A DNA stretch of 64,000 nucleotides, from NCBI GenBank assembly GCA_036172245.1, contig JAYWIR010000054.1, positions 62,001 to 126,000 on the forward strand, in the 5' to 3' direction. A program made the position numbers and the translations under genes. Under the pieces are notes generated by a model. That model did no database searches and was not told the origin of the DNA. It saw nothing but the letters and a program-made list of their open reading frames with translations. Positions 1-12,639 of this stretch are shown piece by piece. The stretch is from Raillietiella orientalis. Its lineage: Eukaryota. The stretch's first letter is position 1. Every line of letters starts with the position of its first letter.

Positions 1-40
1 GTGTTTGCGGTGTTTTTTGAGCGGTTGTTCCTGGGCAGAA

Positions 41-483
41 ATGCCCGAGGACGCCGCCAAGACGGCGGAGGGGGGCGAGCGAGCCTCGTCCCCCCAACCC
101 ATGGATGTGGGGGCCATCTCCCCCACAGATTCGTCCCCCGCCCCGGCGAGGGCTTGGAGCGCGGTGGTGGCGGCGCCTGCGCCGCCCCCCGCAGAGGAAC
201 AGCGGGCGTACATGGCCGACGGGTACAACCCGGCCCTGCTCTACAAGGTAGGTGGCCTCTACTCCCCCGCGGTCTTGTGGTCTTTCGCCGCAGAATTTAA
301 GAAGTTAAAAGTCCCGGAGGACGAAGTCCTCGGGCTTTTGGTGCGAAGTGGCGGGCAGCTGGTTGAGCTGAATTGCAAGTCTGCAGGGATGGCTCAACAG
401 CTGCTGCGCCTGCCGGTGAGCGTGAACGGGAGAAGAATCTTCCCGTTCACGGCGGACAATTCGATCGTTGTCCACCTCTCCGG
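41..483 (+). pseudogene. LINE ORF1, N-terminal part
   Basis: MPEDAAK...PMDVG...AWSAVVA...IVVHLSG resembles the N-terminus of the LINE ORF1 at 46500 (PMDVG...SYGAVA...AVYLSGI). It rejoins 1497 in frame as VHLSG|LWPEIAD. Confidence 0.75.
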
Positions 484-618
484 AATAACAATGGCAAAGA
501 ACGCTGTCCGAGAAAGTTGGGAGGTGAATTGGGAGGTGCACTGCAAGGATACAGGCCTAGTCCAGAACCTGCTCCGAACACCCCTGAAAATCAGGGTAAG
601 GAGTTCGTACCCTCGGCC

Positions 619-640
619 CTGGACCATGGTCTTACTCCAG
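619..640 (+). promoter_or_regulatory. Putative degenerate rolling-circle origin stem-loop
   Basis: CTGGA-cca-TGGTCTTAC-TCCAG: a 5-bp stem with a nonamer (627-635) matching TAGTATTAC at 7/9 positions, ~25 nt upstream of the Rep start. Direct repeat TTGGGAGGTG at 517-526 and 529-538 is iteron-like. Confidence 0.4.
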
Positions 641-662
641 TGAATTACCAAAAGCAAACAAG

Positions 663-1496
663 ATGCCATATGCACTTTTCTTTGCCTCACTCTGCAATTA
701 CAGCTAAGAATTCAAAGCTATCAAACAATGGTGTCGCTGTAACTGCTTCTTTGCCTGCATTGGCAAAGAATCAGCTGAAACAGGAACACCTCACCTTGAA
801 GGACATCTTCAACTAAAAGAACCTCGCACACTACCAGGACTACATAGAAAACCTTTTCACAAATGTCAACTGGAAAAAGCCAAACGTTCCGCACAGAACA
901 TACGGAACCGCAACAAGCAGGACCAAGATGCCTGGGTATACGGAGCCCTCCGAGAAAGCAGAAGCCAAAAGTTACAAAGAACAAGTAAGTTTGCTAGGCA
1001 ATTCCAATAACCTCAAGATGACCACCTTTCAGATACTTATCGAAAACCGGGCAGATGAACTATATATTCTCAAAAACCATACCCTTTTTACGCCAAAACC
1101 ATCAACTTCATCAAAGAATGCTTCCGCATCTCCCGAGCAAGAACCCATCCCAACCCTTTGGGCAACCTACAACCACGCGGATGGCAACTTCGCATTATGC
1201 ACCTCATCCGCCACCAACCAAATCAGCGAAAAATACATTGGTTCTACGACACCGTTGCCAACACCGGAAAAACAACCATGGCAAAATTCCTATTCCGCAA
1301 AAAATCAGCCATTTACATGCACAGCTCCAAAAAAGCCGACGCAGCCCACATATACAACGGAAAGAATCATCGTTCTAGACTTCAACAAAGACAACCAAGA
1401 ACACGTCCAATACGGCTTTACGGAAAGCTTGAAAAACGGAGTTATCTTCGACAATAAATATCATGGGAGCATTAAATACTTCGGTCCAACTTTCAG
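663..1496 (+). pseudogene. rep: CRESS Rep (HUH endonuclease + SF3 helicase), frameshifted and 3'-truncated
   Basis: Degenerate motif I (CLTL/NY, ~683-701). Motif II IGKESAETGTPHLEGHLQL (~760-815). Motif III region LEKAKRSAQN. Walker A RKIHWFYDTVANTGKTT (~1225-1277). Walker B ERIIVLDF. B' region YGFTESLKNGVIFDNKY. Motif C is missing. Several stops and frameshifts. Confidence 0.9.
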
Positions 1497-2976
1497 CCTT
1501 TGGCCGGAAATAGCCGACCCCGACTAAATTGTTGCATTGGAGGCGTTCGCCATCATGCACGCATTGTGGAGGCGCGTGAACCCCTTAAGAAGGTTCCGCG
1601 CCTCTTGCGGACTCGCCACCGCGCGCGTCACCATGGACAACAGGAGTCTGCTGCCTTCGCAGATCCTCCTTGGTGACGACGTCGTGTTTCTCCGGTTTGC
1701 CCGACAAACCCCGGTTTGCGCCAACTGCGTCAAGGAGGGCCACCGTCCGCGGAAGTGCCCCACACGCAGTTGCCGATACTGCAAACTGCTCCGCCACTCG
1801 ATCAACGAGTGCGTCGAGCTGAAGCGTAAAAGGCGGGCGAGAAACCTCCAGGCAACATCGCCGTCCGCGCCGACTCCATCCGCCCCATCCTCGGGCAAGA
1901 AATCCGGCGCGAACGGGGATCTGCAGCGCAGACGCAAAAAGTCCGATTGCACGAGCGTATCTGGGAGCAATGCTCCACAAAAGCCGGCGCAAAAGCACAA
2001 AAAGCTTCACCAAGCTGCTCCAAGCAAGCCCAGAGGGACCCAGCCCGCTGAGAACATCGGGCAGACTGCAAAACCGCCGCTCCCGTCCGCTCTCGCTCCG
2101 GAGAGAAATAGCGGTGGCACGCCCGGGAAGTCCACCGGAGCAACGAAAAAGGGGTTGCGCGCCCCTTTGCCCGCGAAAGGCAAGCCGGCCACGGCAAACG
2201 CATCCGCGGAAAAGGCTGCAAAGCCTCGCGAGACCTCGAAGAATCCTGCCACTCTGCCCGCACCTTCCGGTAAGGAGCTGCAAAAGGCAGCAGTGACGAC
2301 GGACACACTGGCCGCCATCGCCGCATCGGAGGCCTTGGAAAGGATGCGGAGGACCCTGGAAGCCCTCGCGCCGAACCGAGGCAAACCCGAGGGAGACGAG
2401 GTTGGCTGGACCTTCGTTGGGGGAAAGAAGAAAGCGCAAACCGCGCGATCCTTCGCACTTCCCCATCATAGAGGTAGGCGGGGTTAAGAGGCAGCCCCGC
2501 GCGCCGAGGAAGGCGCAAGAAAAAGCCTCCGCTGCCGCCGCGCGCGCCGTCGCTGTTACCCGCGGCGAGAGGGTAGCTGCCGACGCTGCGACTCCGAAAG
2601 GGAGAGCGGAGCCAAAAGCACCCTCAAAGAATGCTGACCAGCTCCCAGCCGCCAGCCAAAGAGACAGCAGGCAAAATGCCTGCTGCACACGCAAAATTCG
2701 GACTCCGACATGGAATCCGAAGGCAGCGCGAAGGCTCGCCAAGCCCCGGCTAAGCCCAGGAATGCGCGCAAGCCCAAACTTTCCAGGCAAAAGCCTGATA
2801 CCGGGAACGATTCCCGATGTTCCTCGGAGACCGAGGCAATGGTCGTCGACTCCACCGTGCCAGCCGCGTGCGGCGCAGCGGAGACAGGTTGCGCTTCCGC
2901 TCCTCAATCCGCCGTGTTCCGGGCTAACGCATCGCTGGACGGGGCGAGGAACGCACCTCTATGTCCGCAGCCGTGA
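1497..2976 (+). pseudogene. LINE ORF1, C-terminal part with zinc knuckles and low-complexity tail
   Basis: LWPEIADPD*IVALEAF...CANCVKEGHRPRKCPTRSCRYCKLLRHSINEC followed by an Ala/Lys/Pro-rich tail with frameshifts. Confidence 0.75.
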
Positions 2977-3660
2977 TGCGCGGGCTCGCTTCTCGTCGCG
3001 TCCGAGTATCCTGTTGGAACGTCAATGGGCTGCAGGACAACGAGAATAGGCGATTGGTAGCTAACTTCTTGAGCGACTTCGATCTGGCCCTGCTGCGGGA
3101 GATTCACGCTCTCTCCGAACAGGAAGCAGCCGATCTGGCAGTTCGCGCAGGCGGGAAGCTCCATTGGAGGTCAGGCTCCCAGAATACTTGCGGAGTCGCA
3201 TTCCTTGTCCGGGGCAGGGTGGCGGTGGCGGTGCGAAGCGTTTGTTTCGACGAGGAAGGTCGTGAGCCAACTTGTTCTCAAGTGGTCCGAATCGATCGAC
3301 CTTGTCGTCACGAACGTGTACGCGGCGTGCGGCTCCACGCGTCACACCGAGAAACTCGAGTTTTTCGAGAGACTGCGCGACCGCTGGCTTACAACTCCGG
3401 CCCCGACGTGGCTCACATCGTAGCCGGGGACTTAAACGTCCACACACTATCGGAGGAGACACACCGTCGCCGGGAGAAGCGGCTCGTGAACGAGGTGCGA
3501 GCATCAATGCACGCTTCGAATTTGCTGGCCGACGAACCTGGGATGCGTGCCTTGCCGGACCATGTGTTCTTCGACGATCACCTCTATTGTCGGGTGGGTC
3601 GAAGAATCTGATGCCGCCCGAGCTCTCCGACCACCAGAGGCTGGAGTTGATGTGGTCATT
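2961..3660 (+). pseudogene. LINE ORF2 apurinic-like endonuclease domain
   Basis: SCWNVNGL, LREIH, GVAFLV, NVYA (shifted frame), GDLNV, DHVF, SDHQRL. Confidence 0.85.
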
Positions 3661-5401
3661 ACTGTTGGTGCGGTGTGGGAGGGGCATTCCGACTGGATCC
3701 GCCTGGGGATCTCAACGGGTAGGTACTTCAGGTACTTTGGCATTCCATGGGTCGACTTCGTCTCTGCCGGAGGTTTTTCGTATTGCCTTCAAAAGGCAGA
3801 GTTGACCTTAAGTCCGTTCCTTCGTGATAAGTATTACTTCGCGGAACGGGCTGTCATTTGGAACACTTTTGTGGCCCCCTTTCTCCCCCTCGTTTTTTGT
3901 TCTATCCCTCCATACGACGCGAAGAGAGCTCGAGCCATGCTAAGAAACGCTCCTTGGGGAGCGGCGAGATCCAAGATTCTCAAGTATTTGATGGCTTCGC
4001 GATGGGATGTCGACTTGGGCAACCTGACGCCGGAGCGTATGGAGTTGCAACTGCAGTTGCGAATGCTGACACTGCCCAGCTATGGACTACCTCGTTGTGT
4101 GTGCCTGCACGCATTCTGCTGCGAAGATGCGCCAGCAGCGAAGGACTGCTCTTGGTGCTGCCAGGCAACATTATAGAAAGCGAGGATTCGGCTTCCCCTT
4201 AAGGCAACTCGCCTCTTTTGATGAAGCGCAACCATATATCTCGTGCCGCCCAAGGAACTGCAACGCATGGTGACCGTAGTCCGTTAAATCCTGGACCGCA
4301 TTTCATGAAATGAGTTCAGAATTTCTACTCCTTTCGGCACCTGCTGTCAGGACCTATGAAAGTGGTAATGCAGGACGTCGCAAAGTGGTCCACAATAGCC
4401 GCTCCCCACTTAGTGCAGCGCTGTCTGCTCTCAGGGCAAGTGAGGTTGTTTACCGGCGAAACGGGAGATTTCCTGCTCAACAGCAGGAACTTCATAACTC
4501 GTGGGTGGTTGGAATACGCATCAGTCAGCAGATGTTGCTACACCACACACAACTGCTGCAAGGCTTCTTCGGTGATGCGCACTTTTAAATGTTTCCAAAG
4601 TATTCATGGTTCTGTCGATCCGTGAAAATACATCAGTATTTCCACTTGGTTGGAAACAGGACGTGCTGCTTCACGTGCACTGAGGATTCCAGTGCAATGA
4701 GCGACAGCATCGTGTTTCCGGTATGGTCGGTTCTCCGTAATGTGGTGGGTGCGGAACGACGGAGTCGTTCTCGCATTTGCTTTTAGACTCCGGTGCCCTT
4801 CAGAAATTATGGCGAAGGCTGGCAGCAGCACTCCTGCACCAGGACACCGCTCTAGATGTGTTGCGGAGGCTCTTCGCACCCGGTGGGCTCACGGCCGGCG
4901 CGGTGATCGCAACCATAGGTTGCATACGTGCCATTGTCGCAGCACGAAATGTGCTGGAGACCAAGAAACAGCGGAGGGATCTCACTGCGAAGGGAGTCAC
5001 CTAAATCGGCACGTCTGCGAGTTGGCATCACCTCGACGATGAGACGAAGATCGCCGGCATAGAGCACCCGTTCACGGATGCTGAGAAACTGTCCATCCTG
5101 GTGACCAAGTTTCTTCCGCCATCGCAAGGTACAAAATACGGAAAACCAGGCGAGGACGAGCTACCTGAGTTCTTCAGTGTTTCGCGGCGGAGCTCGGTTT
5201 CCTGGTGTTGAGCCTCTCGTCGCTGATGCGAGACACGAAACACTCGCCGCTGATTTCACCCCCTCGTTTCGATCAGTTGAGGTCATCTTTTGCCGAAAGG
5301 CGGACACTTGCAAACAACTCGAAGACTCACTTCCAATCACGTTGGTTAATTCCAACGTCAAATTGTTCCTTCAAGAAACAATTTGACGTCAGGTGCGCGA
5401 C

Positions 5402-5426
5402 TTACAGTTTGGAGTCCAAACTGTAA
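5402..5426. repeat. Perfect 12-bp inverted repeat with 1-nt spacer
   Basis: TTACAGTTTGGA-G-TCCAAACTGTAA read directly from the sequence. Confidence 0.9.
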
Positions 5427-8400
5427 CACGGGCGTCTTGGGATGATCGCGGAGTTTTTTGTAAGCCTGCAGCAGACTTACGTAATTCCCAGACTGATTCG
5501 TGCTGCTGTTTCTCTAATAAGACCTGCAATTAGCTGTCGCACCCACGGTTTCGCAGAGGTTACATCTCCAAACTATGCCATATGTTAGTCGTCGGAGTCC
5601 TAGACTGTGTTGCAGATGTAGCGAGTGAACTCTTCTTAGAGGAGCCCTTGAGGAAGGATGCTAGCGAAGTTGTTAGGATGGATGGAGGTTTACGTGGTAC
5701 AACAGCACTGAAGGATTAAATGCTTATGTGGGAACATCCGACAGTGTATACATGGATAACATGGCTCGCTTGGATAGATCGCAGTCTACGTTTCTGGGGC
5801 TTGACCAAAGAGTTCGTGACAATTTGGCGCAGGAATGCCAAATGAAATCAAACATCTACGCGCCTGTGCATCATTTTTGCCAAACCTGAACATGATACCA
5901 CAACTGTCAGAAAACACGCCAGCAGACTGCAGAATATACGCACCATTCTCGGTGCGAAGAGACTGCTTTCCGTCACTTTTGGGTTGGGAACAACTTAAGG
6001 TCGTTTGCGATATGGTACCGTTTAGCCATGCGTTGTTTCGTATTGTAAACCGTTATCAACAATTTCTACTTCAAAGTGGATGAACCGTCGTTTATTGTCT
6101 GACGCAACAACGTTCCTTATGTCGTGTGGACACTGACGCCTGGTTTATCATTGGCCTCAGAACTCCAAGTTGAAACACAAGATCGACAACTTCGAGAGGT
6201 GGCTGCCTAAAGTTAGCGCGGTTCTCCAAAGCCTAGTGGCTCCTTAGCTATTTACTCGTATCTTATGATGTAACGCCTCCTTTCTCGACATGCACACTAC
6301 ACCAACCCCTACGCTTGCGCTGGCACTGTGCTCAGCCTGTGCCTCCTGCATGTTACTTTTTGGCGACTACAGCTTCCGACTGTTCCATGTCTCTATGATC
6401 CCAACCTGCATCTGCTTTTTCATAGAGCTCAATGCAAGCGAGAGACACATCCGAAACCCAGGTCAAACGATAAACGTCTACCTGGCGATCAACTTCATTC
6501 TTACATCCTGATCCAAAATCCTCTAGAATTTAACCAACCGACACGAATCACACGTTTCACACAATTCAGCAGCTGACCCCAGGAAGCAATTTTACTTTGA
6601 AGTCTGCAAAATTAGTTGATGACCCATTAGATATTGGAAACGTCCAAGAAAAAATTACTGTGGAATAACATTAAGTCTTTACTCAAGTGGACATTATCTT
6701 TCCATATTGCACGGAGTTTGCCTAGTATAAACGAGGCAATGTGTATTAAAATTTGTCATAACTTTTTTACGTGTGAAGTTAAGGAGTTCATTCAAAGTAT
6801 TTTGGTATCTGACAAACAAAACTCCACTTCCGACAGATTTTAGGATAGAACTTATATATGTCCCATTAATGACTGATGTGGATCGCGAAAATCGTTGTGG
6901 AGTTTCAGATGGAATGCCAAGCATGCCAAGAGTAAGAATGAACCTTTCCATGCTTCACAGGCAAGCAGAGACAATCCTCACTAAACTTGGAAGAAAACTG
7001 TACATCACAGAATAAGTAACCAATGTACCATCAGATAAACACATCACGTCACTTCTCATAGATACATGTGCTGTAATCCAACCTACCATGTGAACATCAA
7101 TCTAGGAGAGCACATATCACACATCAAATACTTTGCACATGTGCTAATTTTTTAGTTTTGCTGATGTCTCTGACAACTTTTATATCATGAGACCTAAAGA
7201 TGAGACCAAACGTTCTCTGCAATCAAACTCCTTGGAAAGTTCGAAAGACAATAAGTACTGACCTTACTATCTCTCGCAAACTACTTCAGAAACATCTTCA
7301 CTAACATAAAAAGCAAATTCAATCCCAACTACAAGCATATGCAATAGCATCCAGCTTCCCAATAAATCAACACAACACTACTTCAGATTTCAAACACATA
7401 ACAAAATGCACTGCACAATTCTTTTTTCTAACTGCAAACAGCATCAACAAACAGGTTCTGCATATCCAATCCTCCAACCACGTAGGAAGCGTGGCATACA
7501 CTCCACTTATGATTACAAGAGACATGAAAAGAAACCAAGCAGCCCTGTGATATATTATCCAAATTACATTACCACCCTCATGAGCAATGATTTCTTTAAG
7601 TACTCTGGAATTATTGAACTTCTCACTGAAACAGAATACATCACTCCACCAACACATTTCTGGGAAATACAATTTGCCACTCCAGACATGATTTGAAATA
7701 CAAATGCCCAATAGGAGTAGTCAGTAGTGGAGAGCCACTACCATGCAATCAGTGGCAAAACAGATTCCAACCTGGCACATATGCAAAGTACAAGATGGGA
7801 ACATCACCTGGAGCAACTCAACTTTACAGATGACCTCCAGCAACATGATTCAGTTGCATCGCAAATGACCGCAAGAGTGGAAATTTCACTGTATATCATC
7901 CATTTGTACAGTGATAAAGGAGTATCAACACTTTGGAGTTATCACTTCAATATCAACACTGACTTGATGGCCATGTGTCAAGGAATACCTTTACATCACC
8001 TCTCTTACACATAGGCACAAAATCAGTTCACCAATCTGCAGCAGTACCAATGCTCAACAAGTTACACCTGCCAATCCAACCACCTTGTAGCAGTCATTTT
8101 TGACAGGCATTCAATTCATACCATCTCCCAGGATGCTGCTTTGCCAAACTTTGAAACTCACGCCCTAGCCATTGCTTCGCTCAAACCTGCCACATTCCAC
8201 TATATCTCTGCATAAGAAACCGTCAACATGCCAGCAATCTGACTCACAATCATTTAAATCAATCATCAGGAAATCATACAAATCCACCATCACATACACA
8301 TGAAAACCAAACGCACCTTGTCAGCAAACAACGAGAAATTTTCTTAAATCACATCATTCCCCTCCGAATACTACGCTCTACTGTAAGGAGCTCAGTCGAA

Positions 8401-9989
8401 ACGGGGTCAGAAGAAACTCTGCATTAGGGAAGCAACACCTCAGCAGGAAACCAATTGAACATGGCTGAAAACCCCACTCTAGATGATCGCCTACCTTAGC
8501 AAACCAAAATGAGCACCTAGCAGATACAATGCAATAAGAGCTTGCTTACCGCTAGTGCAAGCAAATGCTTCCCAATAACGATGTTACACCGAACTATAGA
8601 CATACGAACAAGAGTGCAATGACCATGGAACAACTTCCCATGATAGCACTACACAAAGATATGGTTGCCTAATTCGACTCACCTCTTCATATTCAGCACT
8701 CCAAGCGTTCCCAAGCTTCGCCGATTGCCGGCATTCGCGCCTGACGAGCCACTTCCCAAAGCCATGCCTCCACACCACAACCACCACCTACCACAAGAAA
8801 CCACCGCGCTGCCACTTTATTAGCGGTGCAGACGCGGACCAGCACCGGAAATGCACCCAATGGCTGATGCGCATCCTGTCACACCTACCAACGCTTTATT
8901 CCATTCTGTACCAACCGTCCGAAAAGTTCGTACATACTTTCTCAAAAAACAGATGTTTTATGAAAAAATACGGCATTTATTGATCGCAAGCAATCGTCGG
9001 AATAATTTGGACCTGTTTACATAATCTACACAACTGCATTCTGAGGAGTAAATTTTGAATTTCGACTACCCATATCGATACAATCAGCAGCATTCTATGA
9101 AGGCAGCATTTTTTGAATTTCGATTTCAGCAAGGGTGACCATATCGAATGCCCACTGTATTGGATTTCTAGCTTTTTGAGGAGAATGCACTCTCAAAACT
9201 TCACGGGTTCATCCTAATTTAGGGAAACTGAAGGAATAAGAAAGGGGAAAGTTTCCGTTTTATTCCGATTCTTTGTGGACCCTCTGTTTCGAGATGTGAC
9301 GCCTTCCCATGAGGAACCGATTGAAAACTTGTAGAATTCTTGTGATGAAGCAGCATTTTAGTGAAGAGACTTCCAGCAGCGGAGTGGTTCACTTTAGTGC
9401 AGGAACAAAACAAACGATCAGGGTTCTGTCACTAACCCCTTAATTATGCTTCCAAGCAGATAGGCGAGCCTTTCAAAATGGCTCAAATGGTGTTTCAAAT
9501 GCCTCTTGATTGCCCAACGCCATCTACAAACACCGAAAATGATCCAGAACAGGATGCAATGGGTTCGATGGAATTACAAGTTTATCTCTTCAGAGTGAAC
9601 CGCAAATTAGATGTCACGTGCTGTTTGACTTCGAATGTCTCCTATACGAAGCTCCATCCACACACAGATTCGCATTGCTTGTAGGGGCATCTGAGCTTCT
9701 CGTTTCTAGGTCATGAAATTCATCTTCGTGGGATTTGATAATGTCGCCATGAAAATGCCTGAGCTCTGCCCTCTTCGTCTACGGTGTCAGCATCTGACCG
9801 GCGGGTCCGGTGCCGTACAAAATCATTTCACTCTGGGGCGCTTTGGAGACCACTTGCAGACTTCTCTGCAGACAAACTTTCTTCCTTCTTTCGAAGTTTG
9901 CTTTCTTTATTTCAACAGGTGGCTTGGGCGGCATCACAAAATGCGCCAATCTTGTTTACCCTCTTGACAGCCAACAGGCGATGTGGCGA

Positions 9990-11080
9990 TTAGCAGCAGC
10001 GAGAGTGGGCGTCGTACGGTCTGCGTTTCCTCACTCCCCTCATTACGTGGCTGCTGCAAGAGCATGAGTGGTTGTCATCTCCTCCTCGGAGCAGGAATGC
10101 TTGGCTGCAGAGGTCACCAGAAATGTGGAAGCACTTGGAAAGTGCCAGCTGTGCCAACAGCAGTGCTATCAGCCCCTTGGAAAAGCTCTCCCCATAAAGC
10201 AAACTTGAAGATCCCAGCTTCCTTGCAAGGTTTCATCGGCAAACGATTTGAACCGTCATGCAATGAATTCCGAATTCAGGAAACGAAGCACATTTAAGTG
10301 TCTTCAAAGTAATTCAAAGTGAATTTAGCCCGCGTTACTCTAGATGATTGGCTGCGTGTTCGATGGCTTGTGCCCCCACTCCAGTAAACATAGTACTGCT
10401 ACCCATGCCCGGAAGAAACGGTTCAAGTTTCAAAGAAGACATTTTCCTGTCCATAGATGCACCAAACTTTGGTGATCTTCGAGAGCTTTGTTGTAGTGCA
10501 TTCAAAGTGTCAATTCACGAAAGACTGAATAAAAGGTCGTGTAAGTTGATGAAAACCTGGAAAATCCCATAATTGCAGGAATTTATTGAAGAGTAAGACT
10601 ATGAGGGCTGTCTATTCTCTTTCTAGGAAGTCCACTTCAACAGAAGGATCGGTTCTTTCGACAGTTAAACCCCACTGTCTTCCGCACATTGAATGCATAT
10701 GTAGCGTCCATATTGAATTTGCGACATGGAAATGGAGGACAGCTTTCGTATAGGCACGTTGTTTGTGTCATGAAATTATGCATGTTGCTGAATCCAAGCA
10801 TGGATGTTGAGACCAAATGATTAAACCTGCTATGCAAACGGACGTCAAGTGCAAAATAAAAAAAGACGAAATGGGAATGTAAACTCGTGGCTTGCTTGTA
10901 GCGACGAAGAAATCTGGAATGTGTCTCGTCAAAGCTCGAGGCATCATTTCATTTGCTAGACTGGGTATGATCCTCTCAGCACAGAAATGTAGCATAACAC
11001 CAGAGAGGTCTGCTGGCGTACTAAAACGCGGATCGGCTTCATAAGACACTCGCAGCTTCCGTTCACAGGACCGATCATGC
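9990..11080 (-). mobile_element. Possible decayed Mutator-like (MULE) transposase
   Basis: Fragments RFNHLVSTSML...FNMDATYAFN...GLTVERTD resemble the MULE DATY..N...TD block. A degenerate SWIM-like SCSCSSHVMRGVRK lies downstream. Heavily frameshifted. Confidence 0.35.
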
Positions 11081-11349
11081 AAATGACTTGCATATTCGAC
11101 GTCCTACATTGGCGATTATGCAATGCTCAAGGCAGGATAGCGCTGACCAACGTGTGAACTCACTTGCCACTTGATAGCTGACGAAGTAAGGGATCTATTT
11201 ATTTGCGCCACCTTTTGCATGCCCAAATGGATGTCATTTTTTGTAGCTTCGTTGCTTCCAAGACCGCTGTCCACAGGACATTTCATTCAAGTGATCCCTC
11301 GCCGTGAGATGTAGCTTAGAAATCCGATCGAAAATGCAGCGCCATCTCA

Positions 11350-12600
11350 TCCGTGTACTCCAAACAGATTTCACATCCTGCACTTCGAATTAGCGTAGTC
11401 AGTTTTGCACAGCAGCTGAAATTTCGCACCAGCGACAAGCCCACCGTTCGAGAGTGGGATGGTCTGCTGCACCACACAGCGGCGGCCCCGGCGGTGGGTG
11501 CAGGAAGTGCGGGAAGGTGGGCCACGCAGCAGCCAAACGGGTGCTTCCGAACCACAGCTATTTCTGCAAGGCGGTTCGACCCGAGCGCAAAGACTGAGCC
11601 TAGTTTGCAGAATGCACGGCGTTTCAGAAACGCCACCGCAACGGGGCCGATAAGGAGGAAACCTGGAAGGAGGCCCCTATTGCCCTTACCGCCACACTCA
11701 ATCCATCCCCGATTTACTGGAGGTAAACCTACAGCTCGAAGGATAACCCATGATTGCGCGGAAGAACATTCCTAACCACGCGCCCCGGATGCCTCCGCGA
11801 CAAGTGTCATCCCGGCCGCGTAGGTGCTGCTGGAAACTGCCCACGCAGGGGAACCCATCCCCACTGTATCCGAGTCAACGGACGAAGAGACCATTCCTGC
11901 CAAAGTGCTCACTAGATAAAGCTCCTGCGTGTGAAGAAGAAAAAACAGATGACCCGGAAGAGTAAGAAAAGCTGGTCCTGACCACCAGCTACGTGCTTGC
12001 GGAGCGGGAAGAGCAGTCCATCCCTTCGCCTACACGCATCCAGCTGGAAACGGAGGTCCACGTAGCGGTCCACCCGGTTCTGCTTCCGGCGGTGCGAAAG
12101 TTCAGTTACATGCGAGCATCCTTGGCTCAGCACGAGTCCTCCACCTCCATGGATACACCCGTCATATCGGTGGTGGAACAGCAGCACCGCGATGGACTGC
12201 TGCTCCTCCTCCGATGACAACAGTTCCAGAGCGGAGATATCGGTGGGACGGCCCCATGGCAAAAAGTGACACTGACCCACCCTGGAGGGGTTCTAAAAGT
12301 AAAGGAAGGTGGCGACAGCCGCAGCCTTTTACGCTCGCCACCAGATGGTGACGCACTTTTCGCCGTCCGTGGGGGAAATCAGCCTTTCCATCCTGGAACC
12401 TGATGATGCGGCCAGCCGAGAAAGAGGAGGCAGCAGACTTCTGGCTTCTTCGCCAGAAGAGCATATACTGCCTCCAGAAAACCCGCTGGATGGCTCCGGA
12501 AATGGAGGGGAAACTCAGTCTGTAGCCTCCTGCACAGCTATCCGTCATCCAGGGAATCCTATCGGCAAGTGGTCGACATCCTGTTTAAAACCGACCTATC
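11350..12600 (+). mobile_element. Decayed LINE ORF1-like fragment
   Basis: Zinc-knuckle-like CRKCGKVGHAAAK at ~11500 followed by low-complexity coding-like sequence. Confidence 0.35.
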
Positions 12601-12639
12601 ACCGGCCACCGTGAAAGTATTTGGCGAAATGGCCCGCGT

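Larger units (their letters stand above)
484..1496 (+). mobile_element. Endogenous CRESS-DNA virus / Rep-encoding replicon fragment (1013 bp insert)
   Basis: A/C-rich segment inside a GC-rich LINE. Removing 484-1496 restores the ORF1 frame. Contains Rep motifs. Confidence 0.85.
1..5330 (+). mobile_element. L1/Tx1-like non-LTR retrotransposon, decayed, RT core deleted, ORF1 interrupted by a viral insert
   Basis: ORF1 with zinc knuckles (CANCVKEGHRPRKC, CRYCKLLRHSINEC). APE motifs WNVNGL, GVAFLV, NVYA, GDLNV, SDH at 2961-3640. Post-RT YFG motif at ~3733. ORF2 C-terminal segment 4780-5000 is shared with other copies in the window. Ends are approximate. Confidence 0.85.

Noticed and set aside
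1585..2907. 440-aa antisense ORF and similar long ORFs in GC-rich repeats
   Set aside because: Shadow ORFs of GC-rich LINE coding sequence with no independent motifs.
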